IMG/VR virus record: IMGVR_UViG_3300021425_000008
Span: 64,001-128,000 of that record
Reading direction: 5' to 3' (one strand)
DNA: 64,000 bases
Origin: a virus
Shown here: positions 18,801 to 27,200 of the stretch, piece by piece
Position numbering within the stretch: the stretch's first letter is position 1
Layout of the letters: every line of letters begins with the position of its first letter
The notes under the pieces: generated by a model
The model's database searches: none
Seen by the model: the letters and a program-made list of their open reading frames with translations, nothing else
What the model was told of the DNA's origin: nothing
Position numbers and translations under genes: made by a program

Positions 18801-21800
18801 AGAGCATTCCTTGGAAATAATTCAAGTATTGTAGATCTTACAAATAATTTGATCACCGTTCCTGATCACTTCTTTGTCACTGGCGAAAAACTCATTTACA
18901 GCTATGAGAATTCATTATATGAGTCCACTAATGCAATAGGAATTGTCACACAATCAATCGCAGGTGTTTCCACTGACAAACTTCCAACAGAAGTCTATGC
19001 AGTTAAAGTAAGTGAAACTCAGGTCGGTCTTGCTACTAATGCAGCTGCAGCACTTAAAGGCACTCCTGACACCATTGATCTTTTGACTCTTGGTATTGGA
19101 ACATTCCACAAGTTGACATCAACCAATCAAAATGCAAGAGCATTGTTGGCTATCGATAATATGATTCAGGCTCCAGTCACTGAGGTTGTAGTCTCAACAA
19201 CTCTGAATGAGGAAATTATATTCGATGTTGACTTTGAAGTCACTGGAATCACATCATTCAAAGCAAATGATCTGATTAAGATTGACGATGAGATCATGTT
19301 GATTCAGAACGTTGGTGTGACTGCAGCAAATAGTTTCAAGGTTCTGAGAGCACAGATGGGTACTGGTGTTGGTACTCATGCAAACGGTACCACGGTTCAG
19401 AAACTTGGCGGTAACTACAATATTATTGATAACACTGTTCACTTTGCTTCTGCACCTTACGGAAATATTCCAATCGGAACAGATACTGCAGGTCCTGATA
19501 ATGTAGATTGGTCAGGTATCACCACTCATTCTACATTCCAAGGTAGAACATTCATGAGAAGTGGTATTGAAGATGAAACTACAAGTACTTATAGTACCAA
19601 CTTCACTTTTGATAACATTCAAAAGGATTTCAATGGTCAGAAGAAGGTATTCTCACTTCGTCAGAATGGAAGTAATATTACTGGATTTGCAACTAACCAA
19701 GCAATCATTCTGAACTCTAACATTCTTCAAGAACCACAGGGTGCTCAGGCAACTACTGGTGACTTTACTCTAAGTGAAACTGCTGGTGTTACGAGTATTA
19801 CTTATCTTGGTGAAAGTAGTTCTTCTGAGGATGATCCTAACAGAGCAACTCTTCCAAGAGGTGGCACTATTATCTCGGTTGCATCAACACCAGGTTTTGG
19901 TTTCCAACCTCTGATCTCTGCTGGTGCTTCATGTTTCGTCTCTGGTGGTGGTACAATCACTTCAATCGAAATTGGTAATCCTGGATCTGGATACAGAGTT
20001 GGTGTTCAGACAGTTCAGGTTGGTATCATTACAACTAACGTTGGTTTTGCAACTGTTGTCAACATTGGTACTGCAACCGTTCAAAACGGTGAGGTCGTAG
20101 CAATTACGACATCTTTCTTCGGATCAAATCTTGATCAGAATAATCCACCACAAGTTGTAATTGATGCACCTCTTCCGTATCAAGGTATTCCACTTGTATA
20201 TGCAGATGGAACGACTGGTATAGGTACTGGTGCTAGGGTTGATGTCAAGGTTGGTCAAGGTTCAAGTGTAATTAATTTTGAACTTGTAAGTGGTGGTCTT
20301 GGTTATGGTGAGAGTGAAGTACTCAGACTTGCCATTGGTGGTACTACAGGTATTCAAACAACCTCAAGTGCATCATTTGAACACTTTGAACTTACCGTAT
20401 CTGATGTTTATCGTGATACCTTCAACGGATTCACAATTGGCGAACTCGACGTATTTGATAGACTTGATCCTCTGTTTGATGGGGTCAGAAAGACATTCCC
20501 ACTTGAAATTGCAGGAAACTTATATGCAATTGAAACTGCTAAAGGTTCAAACATTGACATTGCACAGTGTCTGATTATCACCATCAATGACATTCTTCAG
20601 GTTCCTAATGTAGCATATAAGTTCAATGGTGGTAGTATTATTGAATTTACAGAACCACCTAAGAAAGGTGATGTATCTAAGATTATCTTCTACAAAGGCA
20701 CTCCAGATATTGACGTTGTTCTGGTTGATATTCTCGAAACCATCAAGATTGGTGATACCTTACAACTGAAGAATGATTCTGGAAAGGGTCAGACATTGGC
20801 ATTGTTCCAGGAGGAAAGAATTGTCACAGGTATCACAACCCTGGATACTGTCACAACTTTTGCTTATGATGGTCCTGGTATTACGACAAATCAGTCTCTG
20901 GTAAGACCAGTAACATGGTGTAAGCAGATTGACGACATTGTTATTAATGGTTCCTTTGTTACAAAGGATAGGGTTGAGTTTGAGCCATCGATCTATCCTT
21001 ACGGATACATCACTCAATATATTGGTGTGAATACTACTGACGCATATGTCGATAGTGTAAGACCATTCTTCAATTCAACAAATGAAACGGCACTTCTTGA
21101 TTATAACGATAGAGTAACGATCATCGACCAGACACCTATCGTTGGTGCATTAGCAACAGTTTCTGTCAGTACCGCTGGAACTGTCACTGGTTTTACAATC
21201 AGCAATGTTGGTTCTGGTTATTCTGGTTCAGCTGCTGTTTCTATCTCACAACCATTTGACATTGTGGGTGGTACAAGAGCAACTGCAACAGCCAACATCT
21301 CTGGTGGTGGTGTGACATCATTCACAATCACTAATGCTGGTGCTGGTTATTCAGCTGCTTATCCTCCACAAGTTCTAGTTGAAGTCCCTGAAGCAAGAAA
21401 AGAAACTGTTGGTGTCAATTCTTACTTCGGAGATCAAGGTATCATTGTTGGTTATGCTCAATCTGCTGGTGCTTTGGGAATCCTTGAACTGTATCTTCCA
21501 TATGATTCGTTCATGAGAGATACCACCATTGTAGGAACAGCTCTTACAGTCAGTACACTCAGAACTGGTGATCTGTTTGTTGTCAATCTTTCCAACTTCG
21601 GATTATCGACGAATACTAGTGATGGTATCTATCGTGCACATTATGTTTATGACCATACGGTTGATTTGACATCTGTTGGTATCGGAACAACCGTAGTCAA
21701 GAGAGTTGAAATTGAAAATGTTGGATTTGGTGTTACTGCAGTTGGAACATTTACAAGAGGTAAGGATCTGGGTGAATACACCTGGGGTAGAGTTCAATTT

Positions 21801-21917
21801 AAGAATAGAGTTGCTGCTAAAGCTCTCACATTTACACCAAATGGATATGCTGGATTGACCACATCTCCAATCATACAGAGGACCAGACCTCTGAAGTTCA
21901 ACAACTATCTAGTTTAA
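9816..21917 (+). CDS. gp7: giant baseplate wedge / structural protein (gp7-like, 4033 aa)
   Basis: Lies between gp6 and gp8; FYSSKGT...FRALYGE N-terminal motif; many G-x-GY beta-rich repeats. Confidence 0.8.
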   Translation: MAVDRVKFQEIVTSQLPRYIREDFPLLSDFLEQYYISQESQSGPADIIQNIDQYVKVEELFDIVDNTTLSSNLSLTAKTIPVSSTIGFPENNGIVQIDNEVIFYSGVTPTSLTGCKRGFSGITTYITTGNPDELTFSQTDSETHSSGAEVKNLNVLFLKEFFKKLKKQVTPGYDDRNFYGDLNKKNFIYNAKSFYSSKGTDQSFEILFRALYGEDVEILKPSEFLFTPSNANYKVTKDYVVEKLQGDPLDLKNLTIFQKRTGARGAVTNVQRIPYADYQFYQISIDQGFDYTSDTASIYGEFKPNPLTKILESVSIGASIISVDSTIDFPEFGNLAIKNVDGQEMSIGYSGKTSNQFFNCDGIGRNIDKTEDVKLDDYSYAYVGINTDTEIQVRFTSTLKDFVQNERTNYFRPLDTIQIKSLGYEATTKKSNNWFLNIKPKYRVAETTVIDPLAFIYQFKFYDTHFFSEGYELRYENPDQNISLLGTVIRVISKDTVNVRFSVQVPLTGEFYVENQLLKGSSTRYPYIEEFVANVQNTYAKFDGEVMVSSNSIPKFDNILTNTYNCSVTFSTSLQSTQVITLPTNPTTLPDHGFHTGDSVYFQSAGQGFEGVSSGSYFVRRINESQISLSRSKADLFKGTYLTFNGNVTNASLTLLEFYKKNIEPQGIYREILEPTNNRIDNQFTKSGTTGIWNNGVELLNYKSTNSVYYGDIISFNVTRGGENYDIITPPVVKITDETGVGATAIANVIGSLERLDVTDPGLGYYAPPTITIKGGNGVGAAAKPRMVSIVHENPFNANSNEVNLATDELSFKTDHKLLDGESVIYQPRGTKGIAGLTTDSEYFVFVTGQKTLKLHRNRADAIVGINTVILTQFGDGVQYITASKLKSVVSSVVITNPGTGYENKKRTIPSVGVNTVSNRVEIVNHGYKDREIVRYTRDDSLPRVEGLSENKDYYVLKINDDEFALTEVGTDGKPASYYFDRRITIDFTNAGKGSFNYPPITVDVEGAAASFDKTFVEDFQELYVIESPITENIITPVSVLAWTDTEAEIHNPYYVLVSEGANWLISDDPFIGNIFLYEAKLQPIFRGSIQTIDTVNGGVGYGASTIIDFNRQPEVTFQSGEGALLTPIINNGQISEVVVLSPGNGYNSPPDLVVRSLDGKGDFAILVPVISNGQIDSVIVQKGGAGYTAGKTSVDVIAAGQGARVQTMIRGWNINLFEKNFNNILDDDCVLTENIANTSLQFASFFAQRPLRAASNSINGFEEDNIKYGLFDLQLTTGGEETSSGFHSPIFGWAYDGNPIYGPYAYDKINGSGSIRRMQSGYKLKNTPVNRPSYTAFRNGFFVDDYEFVGDGDLDEYNGRFCVTPDYPNGVYAYFCTISNDIESSGPFNKYRLPQFPYVIGDKFKSLPNAFNFRSSSNQTEYDITKNNWLRNTRYYFTNGGNNGYDYIFNSDLIRNSSVDITATTSGGIDIVDIKDPGENYKVNDKVIFDSSQTDGRGVNWRVAEIKGKDVTQVSLAKTVFEDSEFVGDASRNAFTGITSVPHDFLTNDIVFVDGLSEFYRGFTGPFRAGVSSERWYTSVGIKTGTVTGIVTFVYLSGIIDEAIIRPNDILRIDREQFKVLNLDVASGRVRVERGYNSSPQTTHTAGTLVRDDPRKIRFSAPGISTFKPLNLNKTHYFMPNESVGLGTATAGTATTITFSNPGVGITQLRLQQQQFYYPDHGLELNTPLKYYKGGGTSLAVWSGIQSSSIFNLDETRDLFAVPITQDIIGLASDRVALSTVTNQYVGVDSTKGGLLYYTNSTNLGQTHSLVTVLPTVLTGRISQNVVTVSTGETHGMKRGDRILVDVNPTTTTTVKVLYDDYNRRIVFDRDTIEPSGINTSNNSFTVPINKYRTGDKVIYTSGDPSEGLNANEMYYVYVYKDDVIKLTDEVYQLFSENPTFVNVGSATTGSIARINPRIEVQKNQDLKFDLSDPSLSFVDKTITYSAFEMHLYSDSQKINEFFTTKTNSKFEVTTSGQIGIDSTANLTLSISNELPESLYYGFEPDNLDIIPPVKLRIFEDDQVFKHNTIGVVPNKFDGVYSVVGVTSDTFDYNIPYDSDTVTSYGSTNSTVKYNTTSPTAFGPINRVTAVNEGIGYKTLPGFTSVRSAKGTGALLEPRSTTIGSVLKQKINYIGFGFPSDNTLNIVANLPQVLRVEPLGKFEQIGISSGGVNYSQPPQLVVLDGLTGLQITDLDLRFDFDQTFVDIVQNTQSLNDVIPEIIPVQNTNGFSISSITYNNTSKVVRLTFSHQFSDPEDWPFKVGEEFLVENVAIGFGTVGKGYNSEDYGYKLFKVTSLDSQLGGSGAFIEYSLSDVLGTGEVPGAVVSTVSGTVTPRVYFPIFDPVIKTSPLLTGERVTNEGRTGIVERFDEVSRYLFVSAEDDFVVGTDVVSETSGVRATILDTTVFDSTIKLGVGATFIDGWQTNSGFLNDNLQVIPNNEYYQNFSYSLKSRVALDTWDDAVSSLNHTAGFEKFADLVIDNNAPGIVTAADIEISTVVDLIGEGMLNCFPDFDGATERTLDISNGRTISNEIVFETKVLVDYFESRGNRVLKIDDFSDEFDSDPRDTPFSIISFFDNKYAWNKFFTLIQDTEIRNRKQFGIVTLLQNGSDGFLNQYGTVDTGKALGSFEHISIGTSQFGLAWYPNLFEYNNYEVSYFNFAGVESLTGIGSTAIGSMVSIASSSVAVGVGTTTTLLELPTATRSAKVHIQMEDGNDNYFYNELNVLHDGTNVQLLQYGDIDTTTDPSSGFGTYTANISGSNIEIDIHPTVGTAVTANILSVEVHGTNTGVDTTGMIVTNLSSYHTSISSSGTPTANEIASFNNPFAAEYFMVTVHDTTNDEYEMFECHVLDSTSNQNITKYGRIDTISGVGLGTVGMTKTGSSISLNFTPNANIAVDVKTFGIGLKNYNNITGITSISDLQNNILFSNHGTYTGTQFDTRRAFNLKHNDLPIFQRAFLGNNSSIVDLTNNLITVPDHFFVTGEKLIYSYENSLYESTNAIGIVTQSIAGVSTDKLPTEVYAVKVSETQVGLATNAAAALKGTPDTIDLLTLGIGTFHKLTSTNQNARALLAIDNMIQAPVTEVVVSTTLNEEIIFDVDFEVTGITSFKANDLIKIDDEIMLIQNVGVTAANSFKVLRAQMGTGVGTHANGTTVQKLGGNYNIIDNTVHFASAPYGNIPIGTDTAGPDNVDWSGITTHSTFQGRTFMRSGIEDETTSTYSTNFTFDNIQKDFNGQKKVFSLRQNGSNITGFATNQAIILNSNILQEPQGAQATTGDFTLSETAGVTSITYLGESSSSEDDPNRATLPRGGTIISVASTPGFGFQPLISAGASCFVSGGGTITSIEIGNPGSGYRVGVQTVQVGIITTNVGFATVVNIGTATVQNGEVVAITTSFFGSNLDQNNPPQVVIDAPLPYQGIPLVYADGTTGIGTGARVDVKVGQGSSVINFELVSGGLGYGESEVLRLAIGGTTGIQTTSSASFEHFELTVSDVYRDTFNGFTIGELDVFDRLDPLFDGVRKTFPLEIAGNLYAIETAKGSNIDIAQCLIITINDILQVPNVAYKFNGGSIIEFTEPPKKGDVSKIIFYKGTPDIDVVLVDILETIKIGDTLQLKNDSGKGQTLALFQEERIVTGITTLDTVTTFAYDGPGITTNQSLVRPVTWCKQIDDIVINGSFVTKDRVEFEPSIYPYGYITQYIGVNTTDAYVDSVRPFFNSTNETALLDYNDRVTIIDQTPIVGALATVSVSTAGTVTGFTISNVGSGYSGSAAVSISQPFDIVGGTRATATANISGGGVTSFTITNAGAGYSAAYPPQVLVEVPEARKETVGVNSYFGDQGIIVGYAQSAGALGILELYLPYDSFMRDTTIVGTALTVSTLRTGDLFVVNLSNFGLSTNTSDGIYRAHYVYDHTVDLTSVGIGTTVVKRVEIENVGFGVTAVGTFTRGKDLGEYTWGRVQFKNRVAAKALTFTPNGYAGLTTSPIIQRTRPLKFNNYLV

Positions 21918-21951
21918 AATAAATAAAACATAGAAAAGGATCCTACAGTAG

Positions 21952-22617
21952 ATGGCATACCAAGGTATTAATACTGGCACAACGCCAAATGATGGTACTG
22001 GTGACACTCTAGTTGCTGGTGGTGTAAAAATCAACAGCAACTTCACTGAGATTTATAATCTCCTTGGTAATGGAACCACTTTATCTGTTGGAGTTGTATC
22101 TGCAATAACCGCAGGAACAAATGTTTCGTTAAACACAACAACTGGTAATGTAACGGTATCTGTACCAACTCCAGTTTCTATTGCAACCACAGACGTTGAC
22201 ATTTCGAGAAACCTCAAGGTTGCTGGGATTACGACCTTAGGAGTTGTCACTGGAGCTACATATTATGGTAATGCATCTTATATCACACATTCTAAGTGGG
22301 ATCTTGGTGCAGATGGATCCACACACTATCTCTTTACGGGTCCGGCTGGATTAAGTTCTACAGCAGATCCAGTCATCTACTTGGCAAGAGGTCAGAATTA
22401 CGAATTTGTCAATAATATGGGTGCCCATCCATTTGAAATTCGTTCATCAAATGGTGGATCCGCATTCTCAACAGGTGTTACAAATAATGCAGTGTCTAAC
22501 GGAACTCTGAGATTTGAAGTTCCATTCAGTGCACCAAACTCGCTGTACTATCAATGTACAACTCACGCTGGTATGGGTGGAACGATTGTTATCTATCCGA
22601 ACTTGTTCACGGTCTAA
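21952..22617 (+). CDS. virion structural protein with gp9/gp10-like N-terminus and cupredoxin-like C-terminus
   Basis: N-terminal G..PNDGTGDTL..G..KINSNF.EIY; C-terminal HPF...LYYQCTTHAGMGG. Confidence 0.75.
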   Translation: MAYQGINTGTTPNDGTGDTLVAGGVKINSNFTEIYNLLGNGTTLSVGVVSAITAGTNVSLNTTTGNVTVSVPTPVSIATTDVDISRNLKVAGITTLGVVTGATYYGNASYITHSKWDLGADGSTHYLFTGPAGLSSTADPVIYLARGQNYEFVNNMGAHPFEIRSSNGGSAFSTGVTNNAVSNGTLRFEVPFSAPNSLYYQCTTHAGMGGTIVIYPNLFTV

Positions 22618-22652
22618 ATTAACGTCTAAATAAGAAAAAAGTCCTCTAACAA

Positions 22653-24212
22653 ATGGCTGCGATAATTACTGATCAACTGCGTATCTTGAATGCGAAAAAT
22701 TTTGTAGATTCTGTACAAGATTCTTCTAATTCGTATTATGCATGGATTGGTCTTCCAGATGCTCCTGAGTTTCAGAGTGATTGGAATACTGCTCCTCCTG
22801 CACCAAAGGATAGTTTAGATGATTCCAATTATTATTGGGATACTATGTTGGCCCTTAAAAAGATCAACAGTGGTGATGTAAGTCAGGTTGTAAGAAAGAT
22901 TTCTTGGCAGTCAGGTACCACATACGACATGTGGAGAAATGATATTGACAGAGATAATCCTTCTCAACCATCTGGAGCATTTGATATCTATGACTCCAAC
23001 TTCTATGTAATGAATAGTGAGTATAAAGTTTATATTTGTCTCTTCAATAACGCAAATCCAGAGAATAGTTTTAGAGGTGGTCCTTCTCTCGATGAACCTA
23101 ATTTCACTGACTTAGAACCAAGACAAGCTGGAAGTAGTGGTGATGGTTATATTTGGAAATATCTTTATACTATCAAACCAAATCAAATTATTAAGTTTGA
23201 TTCTACGAATTATATTGCCGTTCCAACTGACTGGGACACTAATGCATCTTACCAATCAGTTAGAGAAAATGCAGGTACAAGTGGTCAGTTAAAAATCGTC
23301 ACGATCAGAAATCGTGGTGTTGGTATTGGAACAGCTAATGTAACTTACACAAGAGTTCCTATTCTTGGTGATGGTAGAGGTGCTGAAGCAACTGTTGTTA
23401 TCAACAATGACTCCAAAGTACAGTCTGTCACTGTATCAAGAGGTGGTGAAGGATATTCATTCGGTACACTAGATCTTGAAAGGGGTGGTGTTCCTACAGG
23501 AACAATTACTCCAGTATTTGATGTAATCATTCCTCCTAGTGGTGGTCATGGTGCTGACATTTATCGTGAGTTGGGTGCATATAATGTTCTCTCTTATGCA
23601 AGATTTGAAAATGATACTCAGAACCCAGATTTCATCACTGGTAACCAGTTTGCACAAGTTGGTATTGTTAAGAATCCAAAGGCTTACAATTCAACCACTA
23701 ATTTGACACTTGACAAAGCCAGTGCAGTATATGCACTGAAATTGGTTGGTACTGGATATAGTCAAGCAAAATTCACAGCAGATACTTTTGTTACTCAGAC
23801 TGTTGGTCTTGGTTCAACTGCTGTTGGTAGAGTTGTTTCATACGATCAACAAACTGGCATCTTAAAGTATTGGCAGGACAGAAGAACTGCTGGTTTCAAT
23901 ACTGATGGTACAAAACTTACCACACCTCAGTATGGATTCGGACAATTAAAGTTCACCGCCGATCCTGTAAGTGGTGGTAGCGTAGACATTATTCCTACAT
24001 CTGGAAATACTCTTCAAATTGACGGTGCTTTTACGGGTGTCTCAACGGTAATAAATAATCGTACCTACTACTTGGGTCAGGACTTCACTAAAGGAGTCTC
24101 TAATCCAGAGTCTGATAAGTACTCTGGTGACATCATTTATGTTGACAACAGACCTTCAGTTACTAGATCAGCTTCACAGAAAGAAGACGTTAAAGTTATC
24201 TTGCAATTTTAA
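22653..24212 (+). CDS. gp8: baseplate wedge subunit gp8
   Basis: MAAIITDQLRILNA, YKVYICL, DGYIWKYLYTI, C-terminal SGDIIYVDNR...QKEDVKVILQF. Confidence 0.93.
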   Translation: MAAIITDQLRILNAKNFVDSVQDSSNSYYAWIGLPDAPEFQSDWNTAPPAPKDSLDDSNYYWDTMLALKKINSGDVSQVVRKISWQSGTTYDMWRNDIDRDNPSQPSGAFDIYDSNFYVMNSEYKVYICLFNNANPENSFRGGPSLDEPNFTDLEPRQAGSSGDGYIWKYLYTIKPNQIIKFDSTNYIAVPTDWDTNASYQSVRENAGTSGQLKIVTIRNRGVGIGTANVTYTRVPILGDGRGAEATVVINNDSKVQSVTVSRGGEGYSFGTLDLERGGVPTGTITPVFDVIIPPSGGHGADIYRELGAYNVLSYARFENDTQNPDFITGNQFAQVGIVKNPKAYNSTTNLTLDKASAVYALKLVGTGYSQAKFTADTFVTQTVGLGSTAVGRVVSYDQQTGILKYWQDRRTAGFNTDGTKLTTPQYGFGQLKFTADPVSGGSVDIIPTSGNTLQIDGAFTGVSTVINNRTYYLGQDFTKGVSNPESDKYSGDIIYVDNRPSVTRSASQKEDVKVILQF

Positions 24213-24217
24213 GAGAT

Positions 24218-27200
24218 ATGCCACAGGAAACTAATCTCAATGTCGCTCCGTATTTTGACGACTTTGATCCGCAGTCGAATTATTACAAGGTTTTATTTAA
24301 GCCTGGTTTCCCAGTTCAAGCAAGAGAACTGACTGGTCTGCAGTCTATTCTGCAAAATCAAGTTGAACAAATGGGCAACCATTTCTTCAAAGAAGGTGCG
24401 AAGGTAATTCCTGGTGATCTGACTTACATTAAAGATTATTATGGTATTCAAATTGAACCAGAATTCTTAGGTATTCCTGTTGGTATCTACCTGGATCAAA
24501 TTCTTAATACAACAATTACTGGTGCTACTTCTGGTGTCACCGCAAAAGTCGTAAAATATATTACAAACGAAGAATCGGAAAGAGGTGTATATACTCTTTA
24601 TTTGAACTATGAAAACTCCGCAACTTCTGACGAAGAGGTTAGCACTTTCTTAAGTGGAGAAATTTTATTAACAAGTAAGATTATTACATATGCATCAACC
24701 TTTATCTCAGCAGGTGAAGGTTTTGCAACTTCTATCCCATCAAATGCACCTATCATTGGTTCGTCATTCAACATTTCTGATGGTGTATATTTCTTAAGAG
24801 GGCATTTTGTCAATGTAAGTGCTGAGACTCTTATTCTTGATCAGTATAGTAATACTCCTTCCTACAGGGTTGGTTTGGATGTTATTGAAGAAATCGTATC
24901 TTCAGATATTGATCCAAATCTTGCAGATAATGCTCAAGGTTTCAATAATTTCACTGCTCCTGGTGCAGATAGATTAAAAATTGGTACATATCTCGCCAAG
25001 AAAGCACTAGACAATTTTGAAGATGCGAATTTTGTCCAATTGTCCGAAGTTAAGGACGGTATACTTAGACTTGTAAATACAAATACTGACTACAATTTTA
25101 TTGGTGATGAGTTTGCAAGAAGAACTTTCGATGAGTCAGGACATTATTATGTAAGGGCATTCAGAACAACTGTTAGAAATAGTCTAAACGATAACGAAGG
25201 AAACAGAGGTATATTTGAAGAGGGCCAAACCACTGATTATGGTCAAACACCAAATGACAACCTAGGTATCTATAAGGTAAGTCCTGGTAAAGCATATGTT
25301 AAAGGATATGAGGTAGAGACAATTGCCCCTACACTGATTGACTTCTTCAAACCAAGAACAAAGAAGACTAATAAAAATCAGGCTGTAAACTTTGGTTTTG
25401 GACCAACTCTGACATTGAATAGAGTTTATGGTTCTGCGACTATTGGTATTAATACAGACGGATCATTAAGTTTAAGAAGCGAAAGAGTAGGTTCTGATCA
25501 ACTGGTAGCAGCAGGAAAAGAAATTGGTGTTGCTAGAGTATATGACTTTGCTCTTGAGTCTGGTTCTTATGACTCAAGTATTCCCAACATCAATCAATGG
25601 GACCTCTCATTGTTTGACATTCAAACATATTCTGATATTTCAGTAAATGAACCTGTCACACTTACAACATCGACTCACATCAAAGGTGAGTCGAGTGGTG
25701 CTACAGGATTCCTGAAGTACAATGTATCTGCAGGAACGGCACTAACTGCTTATGGTGTCAATGGAAACTTCCACAGAGGTGAGAGACTTCTGTTCAATGG
25801 AGTTTTGGATGATGCAAGATTCGTAACAGATGATACTAATTATTCATTATCGGATGTAAAATCGGTCCATGGTATTGTAGGTACTGCAAATACATTTACT
25901 GGAGACCTTGTTCAAGATTCTGTTCGTAATTTTGGTTCTGCAAATGTTGCTGCAGCAAGTGGTTCTCAGTCAAAAGTCTCTATCCCTGCCGATGCTGGAT
26001 TTACTTTTGTTGGAATTGTTACCGTAGGCAATCTTGTCAGTTATTCAAGAGATTCACTCGACATCCAAAGTTTTGGTAGAGTTGTTAGTGTTGCAACAAC
26101 TAATTTTGACATTGAGGCTGTTCAAACCGTAAATGGCGTATGTAATGGTGCTCTTCCAACATCATCCGAAACTGTTCAGAACTTGAAATTAATTTCAACT
26201 AAAGTTTCTGGTGGACCTGGGTCTGGTAATATTGCTAGTAATGAAGCATTATACAGTACATTACCTAAACTCAATATCAGTGATGTAAGTCTTGTAGGTT
26301 CTGATATTACAATCAGAAGACAATATACTACTAATATTTCAAATAATTCTACTGCCGCAATCAATGCAGGAGATAATGAAGTATTCTTACCATTTGACGA
26401 AGAAAGATATACTCTTATCAGATCGGACGGTACGACTGAAATTTTAACAGAGGATAAGATCTCTCTGACAAATGGATCAACAACTTTGACTATCAATGGT
26501 CTAGGTACAAATGATAGTGGTTCACGATTGATTACTACTCTCAGAAAGACTAACCTTAAATCAAAAGTTAAAACAAGAAGTATCGCTAAAGATCTTGTTA
26601 TTAGTAAGTCTAAAGATTCTGCATCTGGTATTGGCTCTACAACCTTAAATGATGGTCTTGTATATGGAGACTATCCATATGGAACTAGAGTTCAGGATGA
26701 AGTAATTTCACTAAACATACCAGATGTATATAAGATCTATGGTATTTTTGAATCTGAAGATAACAGTGATCCAGTTGCTCCTAATATGACTTTAGGACAA
26801 CTTGATGGTGAAACTTCGACCACTAATGATCTGATTATAGGCGAAACTTTAATCGGTCAGACAAGTGGTGCAAAAGGTATATTATTATCGAAAATTGATG
26901 ATACACAGGTTGTTTTTACATACTTAAACAGCACAAGCTTTTCTAACAATGAAGTTATTAAATTCAAAACTTCAAATGTAAATGGTGTTTCGTCTGGTGT
27001 TAAGGCTGGTTCTAAGGAAATAACTGCCGACTTTAAATTTGATAATGGTCAAAGACAATCAATCTATGATTACTCTCGTATATTGAGAAAGTCTGAGGTA
27101 CCAGTACCTGCAAGAAAAATCAGAGTTTATTTTGCATCTGCAGGATATCAAGACTCTGATGATGGTGACATCACCACAATCAATTCTTACGAAGGATTCG

